A stretch of DNA of 64,000 bases from Elusimicrobiota bacterium. Its GTDB lineage: Bacteria > Elusimicrobiota > Elusimicrobia > UBA1565 > UBA9628. The DNA is taken from the NCBI GenBank assembly GCA_031423795.1, contig JANPGH010000001.1:1656-65655 (forward strand). Reading direction: 5' to 3'. The notes under the pieces are model-generated. The model was not told the DNA's origin. It did no database searches and saw nothing but the letters and a program-made list of their open reading frames with translations. The position numbers and the translations under genes are program-made. Positions 52,921 through 61,177 of this stretch are shown one piece after another (positions within the stretch are counted from its first letter, which is position 1; each line of letters opens with the position of its first letter).

Positions 52921-53900
52921 GTAAATTGATCAGATTTTTCTTGGCGATCAACGTCCTCCTAGCGACCACTTCGTCCGCGGCCTGGGCGATTGATTCCGCA
53001 GCGGGCACCAGTGCTGCCCAATTTATGAAGATCGGCCAAGGATCTGCTCGCGCGATGGCTCTGGGAGGAGCTTACGTCGCATTGGCCGAAGGCTCGGACG
53101 CGATGTCCTGGAATCCGGCCGGTCTGGCCGCGACCCAGCAGCGGGAATTCGCCTTCTCATATCTGCGCCATCTTCAAACCCTCGATTCGCCATTATATCT
53201 GGGATACGCGCATCCGATGGGTCGCACGACCTGGGGCGGGAATTTCGGTTACATGTCCGACAGCTTGACGGGCACCGACGTCCGTGACACTTCTGGCTAT
53301 ATCCAGCAGGGTACGAACGTTACTGTTCGTGATTTTTACGGAGCGATCGGCTTGGCGAGGTCGTTCATGTATGAAAAACTCTTTTTGGGCGCGGCGATCC
53401 GGGAAGTTCATGAAGAGATCGCGGGCTCCAAACATGACACGTTTGCGGGGGACTTCGGCGTCATTTTCAAACCGACGAACATACTATCCCTGGGTTTCGC
53501 CCTCCAGAATTTCGGCGCCAGCGATGCCAATATCGCGCGAGTCCTGCGCGGCGGGGCGGCGCTGCGGCTCAACGATTTCGTGACATTCTCCGGTGAATTG
53601 AATAAAGCGACCGATGACGGCACGCACATCGCGCTCGGCGGCGAATTCCAGTTGCCGGAAGAATATCTAGACGTGGGACAAATCACCATGCGCATCGGAT
53701 ATAAGAGCGGCCAAGGCTACGGCCAGAGCTTTTCTGGCGTGCTTAAATCTCTGAAGTTGGACCAGAGCAGCGGATTGTCTTTTGGACTAGGCGTGTACAC
53801 GTCGCAGGCGTTCGGTTACGGAGTCGCGATCGATTACGCGTTCGTGCCATACGGGGCGCTGGGGACGGTCGACCAGATTTCATTCAAGTTGAAATTTTAA
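52917..53900 (+). CDS. PorV/PorQ-family outer-membrane beta-barrel
   Basis: 327 aa with a signal peptide. Motif GSARAMALGGAYVALAEGSDAMSWNPAGLA. GTGA overlap with the upstream cargo gene. Confidence 0.7.
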   Translation: MSKLIRFFLAINVLLATTSSAAWAIDSAAGTSAAQFMKIGQGSARAMALGGAYVALAEGSDAMSWNPAGLAATQQREFAFSYLRHLQTLDSPLYLGYAHPMGRTTWGGNFGYMSDSLTGTDVRDTSGYIQQGTNVTVRDFYGAIGLARSFMYEKLFLGAAIREVHEEIAGSKHDTFAGDFGVIFKPTNILSLGFALQNFGASDANIARVLRGGAALRLNDFVTFSGELNKATDDGTHIALGGEFQLPEEYLDVGQITMRIGYKSGQGYGQSFSGVLKSLKLDQSSGLSFGLGVYTSQAFGYGVAIDYAFVPYGALGTVDQISFKLKF

Positions 53901-53921
53901 TGGTTTATTAATGGCAATGTA

Positions 53922-53950
53922 TTGACACTGATATGGACGGCTGTTAAACT
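53922..53950 (+). promoter_or_regulatory. Promoter TTGACA-N17-TAAACT, 7 nt before the first pilin ATG (leaderless)
   Basis: TTGACA at 53922-53927, TAAACT at 53945-53950 and ATG at 53958. Confidence 0.6.
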
Positions 53951-53957
53951 GACGGCG

Positions 53958-54137
53958 ATGCGAAAGCGGTTTATACCTCGGACATTATTAGGGAAGAAGG
54001 GCCAGACGGTCGTGGAGTACCTTTTGACGACGCTGACGCTCGTGACATTGTTCGCGGGGATGTACGGATTCTTGCAGGGGCAGCTTAAGACCTTGTTTCG
54101 CATCGCCGGGATTAAAATTTTGACGCCGTATTACTAA
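53958..54137 (+). CDS. flp: Flp-type pilin 1
   Basis: 59 aa. The class III signal is KKG/QTVVEYLL, matching G/xxxxEY, and a hydrophobic helix follows. Confidence 0.7.
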   Translation: MRKRFIPRTLLGKKGQTVVEYLLTTLTLVTLFAGMYGFLQGQLKTLFRIAGIKILTPYY

Positions 54138-54168
54138 CGTGAAATCGCAAGAAGGAGAGAGCGCGACC

Positions 54169-54381
54169 ATGAAATTGACTGAGTTCGGAGCGGTAATTCG
54201 ACGCCGGCTTACCAGCCGGCGTGGGCAGAACACCGTCGAATACTTGCTGATGTTGACTGTCGTCGTCGGTGTCGTTCTGGTGGCAGGAGTGGCGTTGAAG
54301 AAATTCATGCCGACTCTGTTTAACCAGATCCAGCAAATGATCTCGGGAGCCGCTGGACAGATGGGCTCGGGCGGCGGCTGA
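54169..54381 (+). CDS. flp: Flp-type pilin 2 (Gly-rich C-terminus)
   Basis: 70 aa. SD AAGGAGAG lies about 9 nt upstream. The signal is RRG/QNTVEYLLML. Confidence 0.75.
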   Translation: MKLTEFGAVIRRRLTSRRGQNTVEYLLMLTVVVGVVLVAGVALKKFMPTLFNQIQQMISGAAGQMGSGGG

Positions 54382-54390
54382 TCCGTCTTC

Positions 54391-54426
54391 CGCTCCGGTC
54401 CGCATGGACCGGGGCGGAGGCGGTTT
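54391..54426 (+). terminator. Hairpin (11 bp, GCAU loop) with a weak U-tract after the pilin genes; possible attenuator
   Basis: CGCUCCGGUCC-GCAU-GGACCGGGGCG at 54391-54416, followed by GAGGCGGUUUAA. Confidence 0.4.
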
Positions 54427-54444
54427 AAGCGTCACAAATGATTC

Positions 54445-54882
54445 GTGAGGAGTCGAATAAAATGTCGGTCTGGTCAAGTGGTCGTCGAAATGTTGCTGAT
54501 CCTTCCCGTATTCCTGGGAATGATCTTCATGATCATGGAAATCGGCTACGTGTCGTTTCGTTTGATCGTTCTCAACCATGCGACGTACGAAGTGGCGCGC
54601 GTTGGCGGGATGACGTGGTTTTCGCCAGTCGGAGGGCCGAGCAAGGTCGCAGGCGTAATGCAGAGGATTCTGCCCGAGGCAGTAGTGCAATGCCTTCCGG
54701 ACAAGACCATGCGCGATCCGCAGGCGGACCAGGACAATTTCGATTTGGTGTGTACGGGAACGGAAGACGTGGCGTTGATTTTTCCCATCAGCAGCGTCGT
54801 CCTCGCCAAACCGGCGCGCAGCGGCAAGCGCCGGCTGGTGGCGGTCGTAAGAATGCCGATTGAGCAGCCATTGAGGAAGTAA
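54445..54882 (+). CDS. TadE-like pseudopilin
   Basis: 145 aa with a GTG start. The signal is RSG/QVVVEMLLILPVFL, and HATYEVARVG is present. Confidence 0.65.
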   Translation: MRSRIKCRSGQVVVEMLLILPVFLGMIFMIMEIGYVSFRLIVLNHATYEVARVGGMTWFSPVGGPSKVAGVMQRILPEAVVQCLPDKTMRDPQADQDNFDLVCTGTEDVALIFPISSVVLAKPARSGKRRLVAVVRMPIEQPLRK

Positions 54883-54904
54883 ATAGCGGACCAGGACACA
54901 AACC

Positions 54905-55660
54905 ATGGAAAAGAAAGGCGTGCTGATTCCGACGGTGTTGGCGATAGTTGCGGCGGTGTTCTACATGATCGTGCTGATGAGCAAGGAGAAATCCCTCACC
55001 GCCGACTATGAGAAGACGACCGTGCTTATCGCCCGCGCCGATATCCCGGAGCGCACCGTGCTGCGCGAAGACATGGTCGACAAGCTGGAAATCCCGCGCA
55101 AGTTCATGCAACAGGACGATTTCGAGGTTAAGACCCAGTCCGACATGAAGCTGATCGTTAATTTGGTGACGCGCACCCGCATCCCTAAGGGCAATCAGGT
55201 CACGATGTCGTCCTTGGTGTCGATGTCGCCGGAGTCCGGCCTCAGCGTGAAGATCCCTCCCGGATACCGCGGCGCGATGCTACCAATCGAGCCAGAAATG
55301 AAAATCCTGGTTAAGCCGGGCGATCGCGTCGACGTGCTGGTGACTTTCGAGGCGATGATGAACGACGGCCGCAAGGAAAAAGTCACCGCGACGATCCTGC
55401 AGAACGTGCTGGTGATCGCGGTGGGCACCAATCTCGGCCAGGGCATGAACGCCAAGCAGTTTAAGAACGCCCAAGCCACCGAGGAGAAAACGGCGGCCTT
55501 CGCGGAGAAGGCGACCGTCAGCCTGGCCTTAAATCCGACCGAGGCGCAGTATCTGGCGCTCGCTCTCAAGCAGGGCGATCCGACCGTGATCATGCGCGGC
55601 CTCGGCGACATCGAGATGCATCCGCTCGAGATGGCCAGCTTCCGCAAGCTTTTCCGATGA
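54905..55660 (+). CDS. cpaB: Flp pilus assembly protein CpaB/RcpC (SAF domain)
   Basis: 251 aa. An N-terminal TM is followed by VLIARADIPERTVLREDMV. Confidence 0.8.
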   Translation: MEKKGVLIPTVLAIVAAVFYMIVLMSKEKSLTADYEKTTVLIARADIPERTVLREDMVDKLEIPRKFMQQDDFEVKTQSDMKLIVNLVTRTRIPKGNQVTMSSLVSMSPESGLSVKIPPGYRGAMLPIEPEMKILVKPGDRVDVLVTFEAMMNDGRKEKVTATILQNVLVIAVGTNLGQGMNAKQFKNAQATEEKTAAFAEKATVSLALNPTEAQYLALALKQGDPTVIMRGLGDIEMHPLEMASFRKLFR

Positions 55661-56406
55661 AGAAGACTTTTTGGACGGCGATGGCTCTTCTCGCGCTGAC
55701 CGCGCCACGGGCCTCCGCGCAGCCGGAGGACTCTTTAATCGCGATCTCAGCCGACATCGTCGAGATCTCGGGATCTTACGAGAGGGACCTCGGATTTGCG
55801 TGGACTCCGTTTCAAGCGGGGGTCAATTTCGCCGAAAAGGCCATCCCCGTGGGGAGCATCATCAGGATCGGGGACTTCGCCCGACAAACCCAACTGCAAA
55901 GCTCGCTGAAGTTGCTGGAGACGGAGGGCAAAGCGCAGTTGCTGTCCAATCCGAAGGTCATTGTGCAGGCGCAGTCTCAGGCTAACTTTGTGGTCGGAGG
56001 CGAACAGCCTTATCCGACCGCTAACGGCAACGGAACCGTGACGACCGATTTCAAGAAGTTCGGCGTGATCATGAATATCGTGCCGGTGATCAACCCCAAT
56101 AAGAAGGACACGATTCGCGCGGAATTACAGCTCGAGGTTTCCAACGTTGATTTTTCCAAGACGGTCCAAGTCGGCAACACGGCGGTGCCCTCAATCGTTA
56201 CGCGCCAGCTGCAGACCGCCGTGGAAGTCAAAAGCGGCGAGACGCTGGTGATCGGGGGACTTAAGTCCAGCACCAAGAACTCGTCGAAGACGAAAGTTCC
56301 CTTTATCGGCAGCATCCCGATCATTGGCCTGCTGTTTACCCAGACGCAGGTCACCGAAACCCAGGTCTCTTTGTTTCTGTTCATCACGATGGAAATCGTG
56401 AAGTAA
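55657..56406 (+). CDS. Minimal secretin (secretin core only, 249 aa)
   Basis: It has a signal peptide. Motifs are LLSNPKVIVQAQSQANFVVGGE, FGVIMNIVP and VPFIGSIPIIGLLF. ATGA overlap with cpaB. Confidence 0.8.
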   Translation: MKKTFWTAMALLALTAPRASAQPEDSLIAISADIVEISGSYERDLGFAWTPFQAGVNFAEKAIPVGSIIRIGDFARQTQLQSSLKLLETEGKAQLLSNPKVIVQAQSQANFVVGGEQPYPTANGNGTVTTDFKKFGVIMNIVPVINPNKKDTIRAELQLEVSNVDFSKTVQVGNTAVPSIVTRQLQTAVEVKSGETLVIGGLKSSTKNSSKTKVPFIGSIPIIGLLFTQTQVTETQVSLFLFITMEIVK

Positions 56407-56419
56407 GAGTCACCCAACC

Positions 56420-58747
56420 ATGGCCGATACGCAGGCGAGCTCCGAGGCGTTCGTCCAGACCTCCGTCAAGGAGCCTGGGCGAGTCGTCGTATTTACCGGC
56501 CCGAAAGAAGGCGTCGGTAAAAGCACGACATGCCTGAATCTTGCGCTCGCGTGGGCCGGCAGCCAAAACCGCAAAGTCGTGATCGTGCACATGGACCCAC
56601 TGTGCCGCAACGACATTAGTTTCGTGCTCGGGGGGAGCTCTCCGTCGCTAGCGAGCATGGCCAATTTGGTGGGGGAAAGCCCAACTGGAGGACTCGGCCG
56701 CTTGCTGAAAGGGCGCATTCCGATCTCGCAGTGGGGAGTGGGACTTCTGCCGCTGGCGGCGTCGCGCGCGGAATTTTCAAAACTCACGCCGAATTTGGTC
56801 GCGAAGATCCTGGGGTCCTTGGCCGAGAGTTACGACCTCTTCATCGACGTGGATCCCTATTTCCCGCTGCAGATTTTCTCGTTCGATCTGGCTGATCTCA
56901 TTTTTTGGGTGTGTCTGCCCCAGCGGGCCCATTTTGAGGCCACGTACTCTCTGTTTAACGATATCAAAGCCCTCCATTTCCCGCTCGAAAAATTTGAGAT
57001 CGTCATCAACCAGGCGAACCTCCCGGGCGCGTTGGCCCCGAAAGAGGTCGGTCGATTTTTCCACGCGATGCAGAAAACCGTGCTGGCCTACATGCCCTGG
57101 GACGACTACATTCCGGAGTATTGGAACACCCAGCGCATTCTCGTCGTCGAGCAGCTCCAAAGCGAGTGGGTGAAATCCCTGCGCACCTTGCTCGGCCGGG
57201 TCATGGAGATGAAACCTTCGGTCAAGCAGTGGGAAAGCAGCATGGGCGCCGACGAGTTCGTTTCCTCATCGGAGCTATTATGGAGGCCCACCGCGGCGGT
57301 GGCGGCCGCCAATGCAGCAGAGGCAACTAAGGCAATCAAGCCGACCGCAGTCGGGCCGGTACCCGATTTCTGGGATGAGTTGAAGGGCAAAATGCACAAA
57401 TTCGTCGTCTCGGCGATGGAGACCGAGCGCATCCGAATTTCTGAGGACCCGAAGCAAAACGAAGACAATCGGTCGAAGGTCAGCCAGATCATCGATAATC
57501 TCCTGCAGCGAGAGGAAAATCTGGCGCTTTCTCGTGCGCAACGCCAGCAGTTCGTCGTTGAATTGGTTGACGAGATTCTGGGTTTCGGGCCGCTTCAACA
57601 GTTGCTGCGCGACCCCACGATCAACGAAATCATGGTCAACGGCTACGATCGAATTTACATCGAGCAGAAAGGCCAACTGATTCTTCTTCCGACCCGCTTT
57701 CGCAACGATGAGCAAGTCGTGCAGGTCATCAAGCGCATCGTCGCCCCGGTGGGACGGCGCATCGACGAGTCGGTGCCGCTGGTCGACGCGCGGCTCAAAG
57801 ACGGGTCGCGCGTGAACGCGATCATTGCACCCCTAGCGATTTCGGGGCCCACGCTGACGATTCGTCGTTTCTCAGCCAAGCCGTTCACACACAAGCAGCT
57901 GGTTGCCTTCGGCTCCTGCACGCAAGGATTCATCGACTTCCTTAGCGCGACGGTGATCATCAAGAAGAATATTTTGATCTCCGGCGGCACTGGCACTGGT
58001 AAGACGACATTTTTAAATATGCTTTCGAATTTCATTCCCGAGGGCGAGCGCATCGTAACCGTGGAAGATACGGCCGAATTGCGGCTGCTCGCCGATCATT
58101 GGATTCGCCTGGAATCTCGCCCTCCGAATATCGAGGGCAAGGGGGAGATCACGATTCGCGACCTGATCAAGAACTGCTTGCGCATGCGCCCGGACCGGAT
58201 CATCGTCGGCGAGTGTCGCGGCGGCGAGGCGTTGGACATGCTTCAGGCGATGAACACGGGGCACGAAGGCTCGCTGGCGACCCTGCACGCAAATACTCCG
58301 TCGGACGCCATTTCTCGCTTGTCGGCGATGTGTTTGATGGGCGGTACCGATCTTCCGATGAGCGTTCTAGTCGACATGATCTCGAGCGCGGTCAACGTGT
58401 TCATCCAAATAACCCGCTTCCCGGACGGCAAGCGCCGCGTGACTTACATCACTGAGTGCGTGGGACGCGACGGCGCGAAAATCCTGACCCGCGATATTTT
58501 TCGCTTCATTCAGACGTGGATGGACGAAAAGGGAACGACTTACGGTTATTTCACCGCGTGCGACTATATCCCCAAGTTCATGGAGGAGATAAAGCTCAAG
58601 GGCATCACCATCCCAAAAGAGGCCTTCATCAGCGAGCGCACCAAGAAAAAGAATGGGCTTGCGAATGCGATCGACGACATGTTGAGGGCTGGTCTGCCGG
58701 TTCCCGACGACGCCGAGGCAGTTGCGTCGTCGAAAGGAGTGTTCTGA
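56420..58747 (+). CDS. Fusion of a TadZ/CpaE-like ParA/MinD ATPase and a TadA/CpaF secretion ATPase
   Basis: 775 aa. The N-terminal part has [16 protein letters not shown]. An Ala-rich linker follows. The C-terminal part has [24 protein letters not shown] and [13 protein letters not shown]. Confidence 0.85.
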   Translation: MADTQASSEAFVQTSVKEPGRVVVFTGPKEGVGKSTTCLNLALAWAGSQNRKVVIVHMDPLCRNDISFVLGGSSPSLASMANLVGESPTGGLGRLLKGRIPISQWGVGLLPLAASRAEFSKLTPNLVAKILGSLAESYDLFIDVDPYFPLQIFSFDLADLIFWVCLPQRAHFEATYSLFNDIKALHFPLEKFEIVINQANLPGALAPKEVGRFFHAMQKTVLAYMPWDDYIPEYWNTQRILVVEQLQSEWVKSLRTLLGRVMEMKPSVKQWESSMGADEFVSSSELLWRPTAAVAAANAAEATKAIKPTAVGPVPDFWDELKGKMHKFVVSAMETERIRISEDPKQNEDNRSKVSQIIDNLLQREENLALSRAQRQQFVVELVDEILGFGPLQQLLRDPTINEIMVNGYDRIYIEQKGQLILLPTRFRNDEQVVQVIKRIVAPVGRRIDESVPLVDARLKDGSRVNAIIAPLAISGPTLTIRRFSAKPFTHKQLVAFGSCTQGFIDFLSATVIIKKNILISGGTGTGKTTFLNMLSNFIPEGERIVTVEDTAELRLLADHWIRLESRPPNIEGKGEITIRDLIKNCLRMRPDRIIVGECRGGEALDMLQAMNTGHEGSLATLHANTPSDAISRLSAMCLMGGTDLPMSVLVDMISSAVNVFIQITRFPDGKRRVTYITECVGRDGAKILTRDIFRFIQTWMDEKGTTYGYFTACDYIPKFMEEIKLKGITIPKEAFISERTKKKNGLANAIDDMLRAGLPVPDDAEAVASSKGVF

Positions 58748-60267
58748 TGCGCGCTCTGGCGCTTCTTGCCGTCTTGACTCTCGCCGCCGGGGCTCCCGTT
58801 TGCGCGCAGCAAGTCTTCACACGCGAACAAGGCCAGGCCCTATTCGACAAGAAGGACGGCGCTGAATTCAAGGTCCAGGTTTTCTACCACTACTTTAAGC
58901 GCGACCGCGATCCCAGCGTGCCAGCGCCGAAATGGGTCGCAGCGACGCTTGACGCGATGCTCAAGCGCGCCGTCTGGCAGGACCCCGATGAGGGTGTGCT
59001 CAACGAGGCCCAACTATGGCAGGCGCCGGTGTCCGTCCTATACGAGTTCTTCGAATTGGTACGCAAAAGCCTGCCGCCCGATCCATACGGGGGGCAACTA
59101 ATACCGCCGGGCAACCTCGTACGCGATTACGAGGACAACCGCGTACGTTTCCAGATGTCGCTCGATCGACTCGTCCGGTCGCGGTTGGGAAGTTCTCTTG
59201 GCGGACGCGGGCGCGCGGTGATTGCGCACTTCGACTTGATCAACAAGCAGCTCGACTCCGTAATGGACGGCCTAATCAACGGGGATACGCAGCGCTACAA
59301 GGACGGGGTCATCGCCATCGGAGCGTTGAGCAATGGGGCGTTCGACGTCCTGCAGGCAGCGCCCCGCGGCTACAATGACCCGTCGATAACAACCGACAAG
59401 AGCGCCAAGGACATAGCACTCTTCTTCCTTTGCTTTGGCATCATCGCGATGGCCATCGCGGGCTTTATGCTGGGGACGTTGAATGAGGAAAAAATCAGCA
59501 TTGGCATTGCCCGCTACCGCACGAAGGCCACGGAATGGGCGCACGAATATGAGCGCCAATTCATTGCGATCAAAATCCATTATTTGGTCGGCGTGCCAAT
59601 CGTCCTGGGAGCCTTGGCGGGCCTGCTGTCCTTTGACATTTTCGGCTTCCTGATTTTCACCGGTTTCGGTGTGTATGCGGGGCTGACTATTCCGGGCTGG
59701 CTTTTGCGCAACATCCGTTTCCGTCGCGGGCAGAAAGTCGAGGCCCAGCTCATGGACGCGATGATCTTGATGTCAAACGGGCTCAAATCGGGCATCGACT
59801 TGATTGGTTGCATTGAGATGGTGACCAAGGACTGCGCGCCGCCGATTTCAGAAGAGTTCGGTTTGTGCCTCAAGAATTACCATTTGGGCACGCCGCTTGA
59901 GCGCGCGCTTGAGGGCGTTGAGGAGCGTGTGCAGAGCCGGCTCTTGTCGTACATGATCAAGGCCGTCAATATCCAGCGCTCGGTCGGCGGCAACCTAACC
60001 AAGATCTTTGACCGCATCGTCGAAAACATCCGCGAGGAATCGAAGCTGACGGAGAAAACGGCGGCGATGACCGCCCAGCAGCGCATCCAGGCCATCGTCG
60101 TCGGAGTGATGCCGTGGATCATGCTGATCATCATGTTCGTCTTTCAACCGCAAACGATGCGCGATTTCTATTTCTCGCCCATCGGTTTTTTCACGCTCCT
60201 GTTCTGCACCGTTTGGATCTCAATTGGCATGAAAATCGTCAATAAGCTCGGGGATATTAGCGTCTGA
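58747..60267 (+). CDS. tadB: TadB-like platform protein with an N-terminal ~200-aa secreted domain
   Basis: 506 aa from ATG 58747 (TGATG overlap). The order is a signal peptide, a soluble domain, TMs, and then a GspF/T2SSF-like region (LMSNGLKSGIDL...LERALEG). Confidence 0.7.
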   Translation: MRALALLAVLTLAAGAPVCAQQVFTREQGQALFDKKDGAEFKVQVFYHYFKRDRDPSVPAPKWVAATLDAMLKRAVWQDPDEGVLNEAQLWQAPVSVLYEFFELVRKSLPPDPYGGQLIPPGNLVRDYEDNRVRFQMSLDRLVRSRLGSSLGGRGRAVIAHFDLINKQLDSVMDGLINGDTQRYKDGVIAIGALSNGAFDVLQAAPRGYNDPSITTDKSAKDIALFFLCFGIIAMAIAGFMLGTLNEEKISIGIARYRTKATEWAHEYERQFIAIKIHYLVGVPIVLGALAGLLSFDIFGFLIFTGFGVYAGLTIPGWLLRNIRFRRGQKVEAQLMDAMILMSNGLKSGIDLIGCIEMVTKDCAPPISEEFGLCLKNYHLGTPLERALEGVEERVQSRLLSYMIKAVNIQRSVGGNLTKIFDRIVENIREESKLTEKTAAMTAQQRIQAIVVGVMPWIMLIIMFVFQPQTMRDFYFSPIGFFTLLFCTVWISIGMKIVNKLGDISV

Positions 60268-60268
60268 T

Positions 60269-61177
60269 ATGGCACCTATCGAACCTGCCCTGCATTGGAT
60301 GTTGTTCGTCATCGGCTTCTTGGGGTCGGCGGCGGCGTATACCGCGGTCAGCCGCTTGGCTGCGCCGACCGACGAGGGTGACGCCACCGACCTGTCAAAG
60401 CTCGCGAAGAGCCAAGTGGGAATGTCGTCTGCATTCTCCAGCCTCAACCCCAACGGCGGGTTCCTCGACCGGGTGGACCTGTTCTTGCTTCGCACCCTCT
60501 CCCTTGACGTAAAACTCGAGGAAATGAACATGATGATGGGTCGGCCGACGAAGCCGACGCCTATCGAGATGCTGCACATGAAGGAGTTCTTCGCTGGTTT
60601 TTTCGCCCTCGTACCGTTTTTCGTCACCGGCGAGTGGATATTCCTTATTTTCGGCGTGCTCGGCTTCCTGCTCCCCGATGTGTTTTTCAACAGTCGCATC
60701 CGCCAGCGCCAGCAGGACATCATGCGCAACTTTCCGACGACGGTCGATTTGATGGCACTTACCATCGAGGCGGGACTCGATTACATGGCGGCGATCGAGC
60801 GCATCCTCAAAAACGTCCGCGCGGAGCAGCGCACCGAGCTCGAAAAGGAGCTCGAAAAGATGCTCAACGAGGTCCGTCTCGGCTACACGAGGCGAGACGC
60901 GCTGAAAAGGCTGGCGATGCGCACGGGGATCCCTGCGGTCCGCTCGTTTGTCGGCCTGATCATCCAATCCGATGAGCTGGGAACCAGCCTCGTCGAACTC
61001 CTGCGCAACTACGCCGCTGACATGCGCTTCCGGCGCTTGAATAAGGCCGAGAAGCTCGCTGCGCAGGCGTCGACCAAAATGCTGATCCCGCTGTTCTTGT
61101 TCATTTTCCCGACTGTGTTCATCATGATGCTGGCGCCGATGATGAAGAGCCTCATCCAAGGAGGCCTCGGATTCTGA
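60269..61177 (+). CDS. tadC: TadC-like platform protein
   Basis: 302 aa. T2SSF-like region: FPTTVDLMALTIEAGLDYMAAIERI...GTSLVELLRNYA. Confidence 0.75.
   Translation: MAPIEPALHWMLFVIGFLGSAAAYTAVSRLAAPTDEGDATDLSKLAKSQVGMSSAFSSLNPNGGFLDRVDLFLLRTLSLDVKLEEMNMMMGRPTKPTPIEMLHMKEFFAGFFALVPFFVTGEWIFLIFGVLGFLLPDVFFNSRIRQRQQDIMRNFPTTVDLMALTIEAGLDYMAAIERILKNVRAEQRTELEKELEKMLNEVRLGYTRRDALKRLAMRTGIPAVRSFVGLIIQSDELGTSLVELLRNYAADMRFRRLNKAEKLAAQASTKMLIPLFLFIFPTVFIMMLAPMMKSLIQGGLGF

Noticed and set aside
58456-58746. 97-aa N-terminal extension of the TadB-like ORF
   Set aside because: It lies entirely inside the ATPase gene in another frame. ATG 58747 overlaps the ATPase stop and starts a clean signal peptide.
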